DNA of 64,000 nt. Origin: Hylemonella sp. GTDB taxonomy: Bacteria; Pseudomonadota; Gammaproteobacteria; Burkholderiales; Burkholderiaceae_C. Each line of letters opens with the position of its first letter. Within the stretch, counting starts at the first letter, position 1. Position numbers and translations under genes: made by a program. Under the pieces are notes generated by a model that saw nothing but the letters and a program-made list of their open reading frames with translations, made no database searches and was not told the origin of the DNA. Below are positions 1 to 8,517 of this stretch, in pieces. The DNA lies in assembly GCA_040376915.1 (NCBI GenBank), contig JBEIPS010000001.1, positions 11,296 through 75,295 on the forward strand, given 5' to 3'.

Positions 1-1957
1 ACTCTTCGGCACTGTCGGCACCACGGCAGTCGCTACGGGTGTAGCTGGGGTAACAGCCTGCAGAGCCGCTCACGTCCAGCGTGGTGAAATAGTTCAGCAC
101 ATTGAAACTGGCGACGCGGATGTTGCCGCCCACAAGCTGCGGGTTGGTGGTGCGCGGGTTGTCGCGACTGAAGGTCAGCGGCTGGATCGGGTGGATCTTG
201 TAGTCGCTGAGGCCCTCGGTCAGGTTGGTGGCCAAGCCGTAGTCGATGACACCCGTCAGGCCCGCCGGCAGGGTGTCACCGGCGCGCAGCGTATTGTCAG
301 CGGCGAAATACGGCGTCGGGTTGGGGTTCTGAACACTGCTGCCGTCGTCGAGCAGGATACGACGACGCGCATTTTCATCGCTGAGCGCCAGCGCTTCGGC
401 CGTTCCAGCCGGGAACTGGTTGGTGGCCTTCATCAGGCGTCCGCCAGCTGCCAGCGTCACCTGGCCGTAGCGCCCCTGGAAGTAGTTCTGGGAGACGGTC
501 AGAGGCGTTTCAATGCGCACCAGCATGCCCTCGAAGCGTTCAAGCTCGCCTTCGCTTGACTCGGGCAGGTAGACCGCAGTCGCAGCGATGCTGTTGCCCG
601 TGCTCAGGAGGGACACCGTAGGCGTCGTGAGCTCGGTCAGAGGACGGGCCACGGCATCGGCGCCGGTGCCTACCGCATATTCGGTCACCTTGGCGGTGAC
701 GCGCAATTCGTTACCCACAGCAACCACCGCCGGCGGGGTGCTGCTGGTGAACACGAAGATGCCGTCGGAAGTGCTGATGTCGCCGTCACCGACGGGGTCC
801 TGCATGAAGAAACCGTTGTTGCTCACCTTGGTGACCACACCGTGGGTCGTGACAGTCTGACCAAGCAGCGGGCTGGTGTCGCCATTGCCCTGGATCTGCG
901 GGATGGTGGTGAGGCCTTCGACGCTGACGCTGACCGTGCAGCTGACGGTCTGCAGGTCATCGTTGCTGAAGTTGATCTGCACCGGGTACGAGCCTGTAGC
1001 CAAGCTGGCCGCCACGTTCAGGTCCACGGTCGCGGTTCCACCATCGAGAAGGGCGGCATTGAGTGCGCCCAGCGAGATGCCGTTCGGTGCGCCGACCAGG
1101 CTGACGCCGTTGACCGCGCTGTCAGCGTCGGTGGCAGACAGCGTGGCAATGCCACCTGCGCCCTGGATGAAGGACGCGATAGCAGGGCAACTGGTAACAA
1201 TGGGTTGATTGAAGCCGCCGTCCATGGGCGTGCCAGTGATGCTGATGTCGTCGATGCCGACCCATTCGTCATTGCCAGCCGCGTTGGAGGTGATGATGCG
1301 TACCTGCACTTCGGCCTGGTTGTCGGCTGCTGCGGGCAGGGTCGCACTGACCGTGGTCGTGGCCGTGGCCAGGCCGGGGCCGGTGGTGGCATCGGCCACG
1401 AAGCCGGCCGGCACGTTGACGAAGTTGCCTGTGTTGCCCACCCGGTAGTGCAAGGCTACGGGCTGGACAGCGTTGTCAGTCGAGCCATCAAGGTCACGCA
1501 GCAGGTAGGACACCGAAATGCCCTGCTTGCCGGTAGTGTTGAGGTAAATGACGATGTTCGGCGCATCGGCAGTGCCCGAGCCATTGAGGGCAATCACCGG
1601 ATTGCTGATGCCGTCGATCTCGGCCACACCACCGGCTGCCGACGTGTTGTTCAGCAGCGTCTGGCCCTGGTTGGCATTGACGTTCACCGTGACCGTCCCC
1701 ACGCCCAGCAGCGTCTGAGGGTCGACGCCGGTGGCGGAGGTGATGTCATCGCCCCGGTAGCCCATGATGCCCGGCACGCCCGACCAGCTGCCAGCAGACG
1801 TGATCAGACCGGCATTGGACCAGTTCTGGCTGAAGGGCAGGGTCTGCGGCGTGGTGTCGGCCCAGACCATGCTGACCGAGAGAAGACCGACCAGCGCCAA
1901 ACTGGCCAAGCGGCTGCGGCGAACGGGTTCAGGTAGGCGGATTTGAAGGTAAGCCAT
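1..1957 (-). CDS. ExeM/NucH-family extracellular endonuclease (5' part; runs off window start)
   Basis: Not in the ORF track; translated manually from ATG at 1957: MAYLQIRLPEPVRRSRLASLALVGLLSVSMVWADTTPQ (signal peptide), OB-fold-like TIPQIQG..SPLLGQTVTTHGVVT..GFFMQD..SDGIFVF, LERFEGMLV, GRYGQVTL, ILLDDGS, then EEP-domain start RVASFNVLNYF and CRGADSAEE at the window edge. Confidence 0.9.
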   Translation of the reverse strand, partial: MAYLQIRLPEPVRRSRLASLALVGLLSVSMVWADTTPQTLPFSQNWSNAGLITSAGSWSGVPGIMGYRGDDITSATGVDPQTLLGVGTVTVNVNANQGQTLLNNTSAAGGVAEIDGISNPVIALNGSGTADAPNIVIYLNTTGKQGISVSYLLRDLDGSTDNAVQPVALHYRVGNTGNFVNVPAGFVADATTGPGLATATTTVSATLPAAADNQAEVQVRIITSNAAGNDEWVGIDDISITGTPMDGGFNQPIVTSCPAIASFIQGAGGIATLSATDADSAVNGVSLVGAPNGISLGALNAALLDGGTATVDLNVAASLATGSYPVQINFSNDDLQTVSCTVSVSVEGLTTIPQIQGNGDTSPLLGQTVTTHGVVTKVSNNGFFMQDPVGDGDISTSDGIFVFTSSTPPAVVAVGNELRVTAKVTEYAVGTGADAVARPLTELTTPTVSLLSTGNSIAATAVYLPESSEGELERFEGMLVRIETPLTVSQNYFQGRYGQVTLAAGGRLMKATNQFPAGTAEALALSDENARRRILLDDGSSVQNPNPTPYFAADNTLRAGDTLPAGLTGVIDYGLATNLTEGLSDYKIHPIQPLTFSRDNPRTTNPQLVGGNIRVASFNVLNYFTTLDVSGSAGCYPSYTRSDCRGADSAEE

Positions 1958-2074
1958 GTGGGTCTCGCAATTGGGTTTGGAACTGGGCAAAGGATGATTC
2001 GAAGTGGGAACAATCAACACCTGAATCATGCGGAGCGTGAATCACCAAATTACGAACACGAAGGCTGCTTCGGC

Positions 2075-2090
2075 TGGTCCGAATGGCACA
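2075..2090. promoter_or_regulatory. 16-bp palindromic motif copy (TGGTCCGAATGGCACA) upstream of the nuclease gene
   Basis: Matches the consensus shared by nine intergenic sites; 118 nt upstream of ATG 1957. Confidence 0.6.
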
Positions 2091-2164
2091 GTTCCCTGCA
2101 TTCCGGCGCAAAAGTCGGCAGGCCGGTCTGCACGGCATATGCTTTGGCGAAGACATGTCGGAAC

Positions 2165-2337
2165 AAGCTGCCCGCCGTTTTTTGCCTTCCTGGAGTGATG
2201 CTCAGCATCGAAACCGGAAGGAAGAGAAGTGAAGAAGATGCTGCGGCAGGAATGCATGGACGAGCTCAAGGAGAAGGCCATCCAGCGAGTCCGGTCAACG
2301 GGCATGCTCTAAGTAGACAAGGAACGGGGCGGGTCGA
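2165..2337 (+). mobile_element. Degenerate, internally deleted IS3-family remnant
   Basis: Mini-ORF 2229..2312 (V/M)KKMLRQECMDELKEKAIQRVRSTGML resembles the IS3 OrfA N-terminus (..QEYTAEFKELAVKRV); flanked by imperfect inverted sequences CTGCCCGCCGTTTTTTGCCT and AGACAAGGAACGGGGCGGGT. Confidence 0.45.
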
Positions 2338-2353
2338 GCAAACCCTATGTAAC

Positions 2354-2434
2354 GGCCTGATCGACGCCGAGCGCGTGCTCAAGCGCACCAAGGGCATCTC
2401 CCAATGCCGCTTCACCAGCGCCGACGTGGTGCGC
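2354..2434 (+). pseudogene. Isolated 3' fragment of a PhoH/YbeZ-family ATPase gene
   Basis: Translates as GLIDAERVLKRTKGISQCRFTSADVVR, matching the PhoH-family C-terminal signature GL.DA..VL....GI...RF.S.DVVR(HP); host-like GC-rich codons; no N-terminal part. Confidence 0.7.
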
Positions 2435-2528
2435 CCACGGCGCGGCCTGTCCGCGTTCGGCCACCATCGTTATCACCAAAAACGACGGGGCATCATCGGC
2501 AGCTGATCTCCAAAGGTTGTCATTTGAT

Positions 2529-2556
2529 AGCCGCTCCCATCGGGGGCGGCTTTTTT
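2529..2556 (+). terminator. Rho-independent terminator
   Basis: Stem-loop AGCCGCTCCC-ATC-GGGGGCGGCT followed by a T run. Confidence 0.7.
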
Positions 2557-2623
2557 CATTCTCTCGCACACGCTGCGCAGCTTTGCACACACCACGAGCG
2601 CCAGCGGCAGGCTCGGTGTGCCA

Positions 2624-2875
2624 CTACTTGGTTGCTCGCCCTCCACAAACACAGCAAAAGTGAAAGCCACCATAGGTTAGGACAGAGATCACGTCCGTAA
2701 GGGTAAGGTCGTAGATCTGCTTAAAGGTGCCTGCGTCAAAATCGATGTTGTTGTTTTTCGCGACGCTGCAGTTCGTGCCGCTGGTGGCCGGGTTGATACT
2801 CAGGTCTACATACGATTTGGTGACGCCAGCAAATTTTTGACCAGCGTCCAGCATAGTGTTGATTGAGGAGTTCAT
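2624..2875 (-). CDS. Hypothetical protein (low GC, possibly a fragment)
   Basis: 83-aa ORF directly downstream of 2879..3342 in AT-richer DNA; no recognisable motif. Confidence 0.3.
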   Translation of the reverse strand: MNSSINTMLDAGQKFAGVTKSYVDLSINPATSGTNCSVAKNNNIDFDAGTFKQIYDLTLTDVISVLTYGGFHFCCVCGGRATK

Positions 2876-2878
2876 GGT

Positions 2879-3342
2879 TTAACTCCAGATAAATTGTCTG
2901 AAGAAATAGATGGTGAACAGCCAGCTAAATATCGCGAATAACGCACCGCCGCACAAACCACCCCAAAAATGCATTTTTCTATAAGCAACAAAATCTGTAG
3001 CATTGAACCGTGCATAGTCGTACTCAGTACGGTGGGTTTTCGTGACTGGGCCGAGAACGCCGCGTACGGTAACTTCGTATTGCATTCTGACGTTTCTAAG
3101 CTTTTCGCTATGGCGCGAGAAGCGCATAAAGGCAGCAGCAAAAATGACCGAACCGATACAAAATATCCAGACACCGACACCTTTCACAACCTTGCTTTCT
3201 CCAGTTACAAACCATGTGCCCTCCATCAAGACGGGGGCAACTACAAATCCTATGAGCGTGCGATAGCCGCCGCTTCTTTTCTCAGCATCACGACGCAACT
3301 GCAAAAATTCTTCGCCAGGATGCTCTGCTAATTCATCATTCA
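2879..3342 (-). CDS. Hypothetical membrane protein (low GC)
   Basis: MNDELAEHPG... preceded by GGAGG; about three hydrophobic segments; AT-rich codons unlike the flanking genes. Confidence 0.55.
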
Positions 3343-3558
3343 TGCGGCCAACCTCCAAACTCCATCATTCGTCGTGATTCTGACTAGTGAACCAACTTGA
3401 CGAGAGCCATCCACGGCGATTGCGTCAGGCGTTCGCGCTGGTTGGCCTTGCTGTGGTCGGCGCTGTACTGCTGATGACGCGTGACGGCCTGGGTGTTGCG
3501 TTCGGCGAGTTGGCGGGCGGTGTCGACGCGGCAGTCGTCACCGGCATCGAACGACCTC

Positions 3559-4584
3559 TTAAGAAATACTCTCTGCGCCTGCTTTCTTGTCCTGGGCCTG
3601 CTGGAAATTCCAGGTACTGGCGCACATGTCATCCAAGGTGCGCAGCGCTGTCCACTTCAGCAGTTTCATGGCCTTTTCAGGGTTGGCATAACAGGTGGCC
3701 ACATCACCGGGACGACGCGGAGCGACGCGGCAGGGCACCGTCCGCTCGGACGCCTTTTCAAAGGCCCGCACCATATTCAGCACGCTGTAGCCCAGGCCGG
3801 TCCCGAGGTTGACGGCATGCCAGCCGGCGTGCAAGGCCAGGTAGCTCAAGGCGGCCGCATGGCCTTCTGCCAGGTCCATCACGTGGATGTAGTCCCTCAC
3901 GCCCGTGCCATCTGGCGTCGGATAGTCATTGCCGTAGACATTCAGCTCAGACCTCAGGCCCGCAGCCACCTGGGCGATATAGGGCATGAGATTGTTGGGG
4001 GTCCCCTCGGGATGCTCGCCGATGAGGCCGCTCTCGTGCGCCCCTACCGGGTTGAAATAACGCAGGCAGGCTATGCGCCACTCGGGATCTGCTGCCGCCA
4101 GGTCATGCAGGATGTCTTCGACCTGAAGCTTGCTGCGCCCATAGGGATTCGTTGCACTGGTCGGATGCTTTTCGTCCAGCGGCAGGTATTGCGGCTGGCC
4201 ATAGACCGTGGCGCTGCTGCTGAACACCAGCGTCTTGACCGCTGCCGCCTGCATGGCCTGAAGCAGGCTGATGGTCCCCTGCACGTTGTTGGCGTAATAC
4301 TCGACGGGTTTCCCCACCGACTCGCCCACGGCCTTGAGTCCCGCGAAGTGGACCACGGCTTCGATGCCATGCTTGAGAAGCACGTTCCTGAGCACATCCG
4401 TGTCGCGTACATCGCCGCGTATCAGTGGCATTTTCTGCCCCGTGATCCGATCAATCTTGTCCACCACCTCGGCGCGGCTGTTTGACAGGTTGTCGAACAA
4501 AACAAGCTGATAACCGAGTTGCGCCAGGGCGACAGCCGCATGGCTGCCGATATAACCTGCGCCACCTGTCAGGAGAATATTCAT
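3559..4584 (-). CDS. galE: UDP-glucose 4-epimerase
   Basis: MNILLTGGAGYIGSH, HFAGLKAVGES, FSSSATVYG, YGRSK, LRYFNPVGAHESG, DGTGVRDYIHVMDLA. Confidence 0.97.
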   Translation of the reverse strand: MNILLTGGAGYIGSHAAVALAQLGYQLVLFDNLSNSRAEVVDKIDRITGQKMPLIRGDVRDTDVLRNVLLKHGIEAVVHFAGLKAVGESVGKPVEYYANNVQGTISLLQAMQAAAVKTLVFSSSATVYGQPQYLPLDEKHPTSATNPYGRSKLQVEDILHDLAAADPEWRIACLRYFNPVGAHESGLIGEHPEGTPNNLMPYIAQVAAGLRSELNVYGNDYPTPDGTGVRDYIHVMDLAEGHAAALSYLALHAGWHAVNLGTGLGYSVLNMVRAFEKASERTVPCRVAPRRPGDVATCYANPEKAMKLLKWTALRTLDDMCASTWNFQQAQDKKAGAESIS

Positions 4585-4663
4585 GGGGCCAGGGACTCTT
4601 CCGCCCGGGCTCAGAGTGGACCCGTATCCACCACCACCGTGGGGCCGTTGCGGATCAAGGGAT

Positions 4664-5290
4664 TCAGCCCAGCAGGCGCCGGCGCATCCCCAGGCCCCCC
4701 AGCAGGCCCAGGCCGGACAGCAGCATGCTAAGGGTGATCGGCTCGGGCACCGGGGTCGCAAAACTGATCGCACCCGCGAAGCTGCCCTGGTTGGTGCCGC
4801 GGAGTTCGAGCACATAGGTGCCGCCATCCAGTGCGCTGGCATTCAGATTGACCAGGCTCACGCCGAAAGCCGGCAGACTGCTGGTCCAGCCCTGCACGGC
4901 GGTCTGGCCGGCACTGGCGGCGCTGGCATCGCCCAGGAAGCTGCCGCCCCAGGTGTAGAGCCGGCCCGACAGGCCTGCCACACCGCTGGCGTTGTTCAAA
5001 GTCAGGGTTGCGCTTTGCACATCCGAAGTCGGCGCAAACGTGAAGAGATAGGCAGCATAGTAGAAACCTTTGCTGCTGATCATCTGGCTGTACGAGCCGG
5101 TGCTCCCGCTGAAGCTGTAGCCATGGGTGCCGGGCTGCAGGTCCAGCAGATTGTCGAAGGACTGTCCTGCCGTGGAGGCCGTCAGCACCCCGCCCGAATT
5201 GACAGGGCCCGAGGCCTGGGCCAGTGCTGCAGGCGTGAAGCCCAAGGCCAGCCCGGCAGACACAAAGAGAGCAGCCAGATACTTCAGCAT
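4664..5290 (-). CDS. PEP-CTERM sorting-domain protein
   Basis: Signal peptide MLKYLAALFVSAGLALGFTPAALA; C-terminal VPEPITLSMLLSGLGLLGGLGMRRR; AGGAG RBS upstream. Confidence 0.92.
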   Translation of the reverse strand: MLKYLAALFVSAGLALGFTPAALAQASGPVNSGGVLTASTAGQSFDNLLDLQPGTHGYSFSGSTGSYSQMISSKGFYYAAYLFTFAPTSDVQSATLTLNNASGVAGLSGRLYTWGGSFLGDASAASAGQTAVQGWTSSLPAFGVSLVNLNASALDGGTYVLELRGTNQGSFAGAISFATPVPEPITLSMLLSGLGLLGGLGMRRRLLG

Positions 5291-5400
5291 GTTCATCACT
5301 CCTGGAGAGGACAGAGGGTCACCACAAACCTTGCGCAGTGGCATGACTGCATTCTGCGGGTCGAGTATTTCAGGAGTTGCAGGGCCTGGCGGCCCGCATA

Positions 5401-5416
5401 TGGTCCGGAAGGGGCA
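5401..5416. promoter_or_regulatory. 16-bp palindromic motif copy (TGGTCCGGAAGGGGCA)
   Basis: Intergenic, 111 nt upstream of the PEP-CTERM start at 5290. Confidence 0.55.
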
Positions 5417-5448
5417 TGCCGTGCCCGGGCCTTGCCGCCGCAGCAGGT

Positions 5449-6084
5449 TCAGGGGCCGCCTTCCTGCGTCTGGAAACGGTGCTCGTCGAGCTGGTCCCGG
5501 GCGGTTTCGAGCGCGTTCTCCTGCCCCACACGGCCCAGGCCGGTGAAGGGCTCCAGGCGCAGCGTCGCGTCCAGCGCGCCCCGATGGGTGCAGGTGTTGA
5601 TCAGGCTGCGCCCCACGGCATAGAGTTCGCGGTTCTTGCCGTCGCAAGCACTGATCTGCTGGTTGCGCACCAGCATCGTGCTTTCCAGCTGCTTGCGCTG
5701 GGCCTGGGCCTGCTGCAGCTCGGCCTCGAGCCGGGTGATGCGCGCGGCGGACGTGGCCAACTGCTCCTGCTGCTCGCTGACCCGGGCCTGCAAGCCGCGG
5801 CCTTCTTCCTGCGCCTTGTCCAGCGCCGACTGCAGTTCGCGGTTGCGCTGCCCTTCGGAACGCGCCCGGGCCTGGGCCTGCCCCACCTCCCCCTTGAGCG
5901 ACTCCAGCTCCTGGTCGCTCTTGCCCAGCTTGTCCTGCAGGCTCGCACGCTCACGGCTGGCCTGCTGCAATTGCTGCTGGGCGCGGCGCAAGGCCTCCTT
6001 CTCCCGGTTCTGCCGGGCCTCGTCGGCATGGGCCGGCAGAACCGGCAGCAGTGCGAGCAACAGTACGATAGGAATGTGGCGCAT
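5449..6084 (-). CDS. Exported coiled-coil protein of the TpsA/ExbBD/porin module
   Basis: Signal peptide (PAHA), long Q/E/R heptad region, then C..KN.ELY..G and EPFTGL.RV..EN motifs. Confidence 0.8.
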   Translation of the reverse strand: MRHIPIVLLLALLPVLPAHADEARQNREKEALRRAQQQLQQASRERASLQDKLGKSDQELESLKGEVGQAQARARSEGQRNRELQSALDKAQEEGRGLQARVSEQQEQLATSAARITRLEAELQQAQAQRKQLESTMLVRNQQISACDGKNRELYAVGRSLINTCTHRGALDATLRLEPFTGLGRVGQENALETARDQLDEHRFQTQEGGP

Positions 6085-6085
6085 G

Positions 6086-6940
6086 TCAGTACTCTCCCAG
6101 CCAATAGGGCTCGCTGCGGCGAACCTGGGTTTTGCGCTGCCCCGGATCGGCGCCTGCGGCCTGCAGGCGGCGCACCAGCTCCGGCCGCTTGAGGTAAGCG
6201 GCCCAGTACAGGGGGCTCAGGCCGTTGGCATCCGGTTCGTCCACCGGCAGGCCATGTTCCAGCAGCAGGTCCAGCATCTGCGGATGGTTGTCGTTGATCG
6301 CGACCATCAGCAAGCCTTCGCCGGTGCGGTCACGCACGCGCGGGCTGGCCCCGGCCCCGAGCAGGGCCCGGGCCGCATCCAGGCGATTGAAGCGGACGGC
6401 CTGCACCAGCGGCGCCAGGCCACCCCGCCCCTCGGCGTTGAGGTCGGCTCCGGCGCGCATCAGCAGCTGCATCACCGGCGTATGCCCGCCCAACGCGGCG
6501 GCGGCCAGGGGCGACATGGGTCCGTCGCGACCCTCGGGACGGGCGCGCGCGCGCAGCAGGCTGCGCACGATTTCGAGATGGCCTTCGCGTGCGGCGAGCA
6601 GCAAGGCGGTGTTGCCCCAGGCGTCGCTGGCGTTCACACGGGCCCCGGCCTCCAGCGCCGCCTTGAGGCCGGCAGCATCGCCAGCCTGGGCGGCCCGCTG
6701 CAGGCGTATCTCGTCCTCGCCCAGGGACCAGGGCACCCAGTCATGGGCCGGCTGCGTCAGCGTCTGCTGCCAGGCCTCGGACGTCCTGAAGCGCTGCAAG
6801 TCCTCGGGCGTCTGGTAGCCGGCTTCCAGGCGCTGACGGTAGGCACGCTGCGCCGGATCAGCGGCACAGGCGCACAGGCCCAGGGACACCGTCACCAGCA
6901 GTGCGGCGGCCGGGACGCGTCGCTGCTCAGAACCTGGCAT
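6086..6940 (-). CDS. Ankyrin-repeat lipoprotein
   Basis: Lipobox-like LGLCAC; repeats GNTALLLAAREGHLEIVRSLL, SPLAAAALGGHTPVMQLLM, GLSPLYWAAYLKRPELVRRL; start overlaps the porin 3' end. Confidence 0.88.
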   Translation of the reverse strand: MPGSEQRRVPAAALLVTVSLGLCACAADPAQRAYRQRLEAGYQTPEDLQRFRTSEAWQQTLTQPAHDWVPWSLGEDEIRLQRAAQAGDAAGLKAALEAGARVNASDAWGNTALLLAAREGHLEIVRSLLRARARPEGRDGPMSPLAAAALGGHTPVMQLLMRAGADLNAEGRGGLAPLVQAVRFNRLDAARALLGAGASPRVRDRTGEGLLMVAINDNHPQMLDLLLEHGLPVDEPDANGLSPLYWAAYLKRPELVRRLQAAGADPGQRKTQVRRSEPYWLGEY

Positions 6941-8495
6941 TGAGGTAGACCTGCAAGGAATTGATCGACAGGGGCGCGCCGCTGATCTCGTTGCTGCTGA
7001 GCCAGCGGGTGCTGACCCAGGTGTTGCGGCCCAGGCCGTACAGCAGGCCCAGGATGTAGCCCTTGTTGTTGGTACCACCCAGATGGAAATCGGCATCGGT
7101 GTAGGCATCGAGCACGGCATCGGCCTCCAGATAGCGGTAGGTCAGGGAGAGCTGCCAGTCATGGCGCAGCAGCATGGCCGGCATGCCCACCGCCACCCGG
7201 GCCAGATGACCGCTGGTCTGGGGCCTGAGGTCCTGTCCGGTCCGGGCCAGCACCTTGGCACGGTCGTAGCCGATGTTCTCGACGTAATCACCCGTGACGA
7301 TCAGATGCACCGGGTCGTTGACGTTGAAGTCCAGCGCGCCCGTGATATTGAGCAGCCGGAAGTCGGAGGCCAGGGCCCAGCGCTCGTTGCCCGCGCTGGG
7401 GGTGGCGTTGATGTCAAACAGCGTGTTGCCCTTCTGGCGGAAGTCCGGAACGGTCTTGTCATAGGCATTGGGGCTGGCAGCGCTGTTGCGCTGGCCGCTC
7501 ACGTTCTCGAAGCTGTAGTAGGCCAGGCCCAGCTTGGCACGTGCCTTGTTGTCGCGGATCCATTCCAGACCGGTCTGCGCGGCGTACAGCCACTTCGAAC
7601 TGGCGCGCACGTTTTGCGAGGTCTCGATGTCCTGGATCGGAAAGGCGCCCAGGGTAAGGTAAGGGCGCCAGACCGCATTGCTCTTGGCAGCAGGGTCCAG
7701 ATGCACGGCCAGGCCCTCGAAAGCCAGGTTCTCGTTCCAGAGCAGGTCCGTGCCGAACCAGGGGCTGGCCATGCGGCCGGCGTGCGCGGTGAGCCAGGGC
7801 CGCTCGACCTCGTCGTGGTAGCGCAGAAAGGCGCGATCCAGTGCAAAGCTGTACTTGCTGCCCGTGGTGCCCAGGGTCTGGGAGGTGGACACCGGGTCGG
7901 ACGCGCTGCCCGTGGTCAGGCGCAGGCCCGCCGACAGCTCCGGGTTGACGCGCGCGTTCACCCCCAGCCGCGCGCGCAAACGCAGGCGGCTGCGATCCTC
8001 GGTCGTGTTGCTGATGTTTTGACCATTGGCCTGGAAGAAGGCCACCGATGAGTTGGATTTGCTGAAAAAATCGTTCTGTGATCCCACGCGGATATCGCCC
8101 TCGAACTTCAGCCGGTCCACCCACTCCGGAATGGCGTTGGCATCACCCCAGCGCTCCGCGCGGGCCTGGGCGGTGACGTCTTCGCGCACCTGGTCGGCGA
8201 TCTGCTTGCGCACGGTTTCGGGCACATAGGGCACCCGCACGACGGCGGGTTCGGGCGCGGATGCCGCTGCCGCCGGTGTTGCCGGTGCCGCCTTCTGCGC
8301 GGCCTGGCGCAGCAACTGGTCCGCCTTGTCCTGGGTCAGGAAACCCTGCTGCACCAGCAGCTGGATCAGGCCCTGGGTGGTCTGGCGCAAGGCCTCCAGT
8401 TCTTCGCGTTCGCCCCCCTGCGCGAGGCCGGACAGGCCGGCGAAGACCAGGCTGGCGGTCAGCAGCCGGCTTTTGTATAGGTGTCGCTTGTTCAT
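6927..8495 (-). CDS. Putative porin (outer-membrane beta-barrel with N-terminal periplasmic helical region)
   Basis: Signal peptide, LIQLLVQQG.LT helical region, PEWVDRLKFEGDIRV, RLRLRARLG, DFHLGGTNNKG, C-terminal YLNARF. Confidence 0.88.
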   Translation of the reverse strand: MNKRHLYKSRLLTASLVFAGLSGLAQGGEREELEALRQTTQGLIQLLVQQGFLTQDKADQLLRQAAQKAAPATPAAAASAPEPAVVRVPYVPETVRKQIADQVREDVTAQARAERWGDANAIPEWVDRLKFEGDIRVGSQNDFFSKSNSSVAFFQANGQNISNTTEDRSRLRLRARLGVNARVNPELSAGLRLTTGSASDPVSTSQTLGTTGSKYSFALDRAFLRYHDEVERPWLTAHAGRMASPWFGTDLLWNENLAFEGLAVHLDPAAKSNAVWRPYLTLGAFPIQDIETSQNVRASSKWLYAAQTGLEWIRDNKARAKLGLAYYSFENVSGQRNSAASPNAYDKTVPDFRQKGNTLFDINATPSAGNERWALASDFRLLNITGALDFNVNDPVHLIVTGDYVENIGYDRAKVLARTGQDLRPQTSGHLARVAVGMPAMLLRHDWQLSLTYRYLEADAVLDAYTDADFHLGGTNNKGYILGLLYGLGRNTWVSTRWLSSNEISGAPLSINSLQVYLNARF

Positions 8496-8517
8496 GATGC
8501 CTTCAACAGGTTGTCGG

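Noticed and set aside
2084-2100. TGGCAC..TGCA as a sigma-54 promoter (as in PrsR-type PEP-CTERM systems)
   Set aside because: GG-to-GC spacing is 11 rather than 10 nt and it points away from the nuclease gene; no prsK/prsR in the window.
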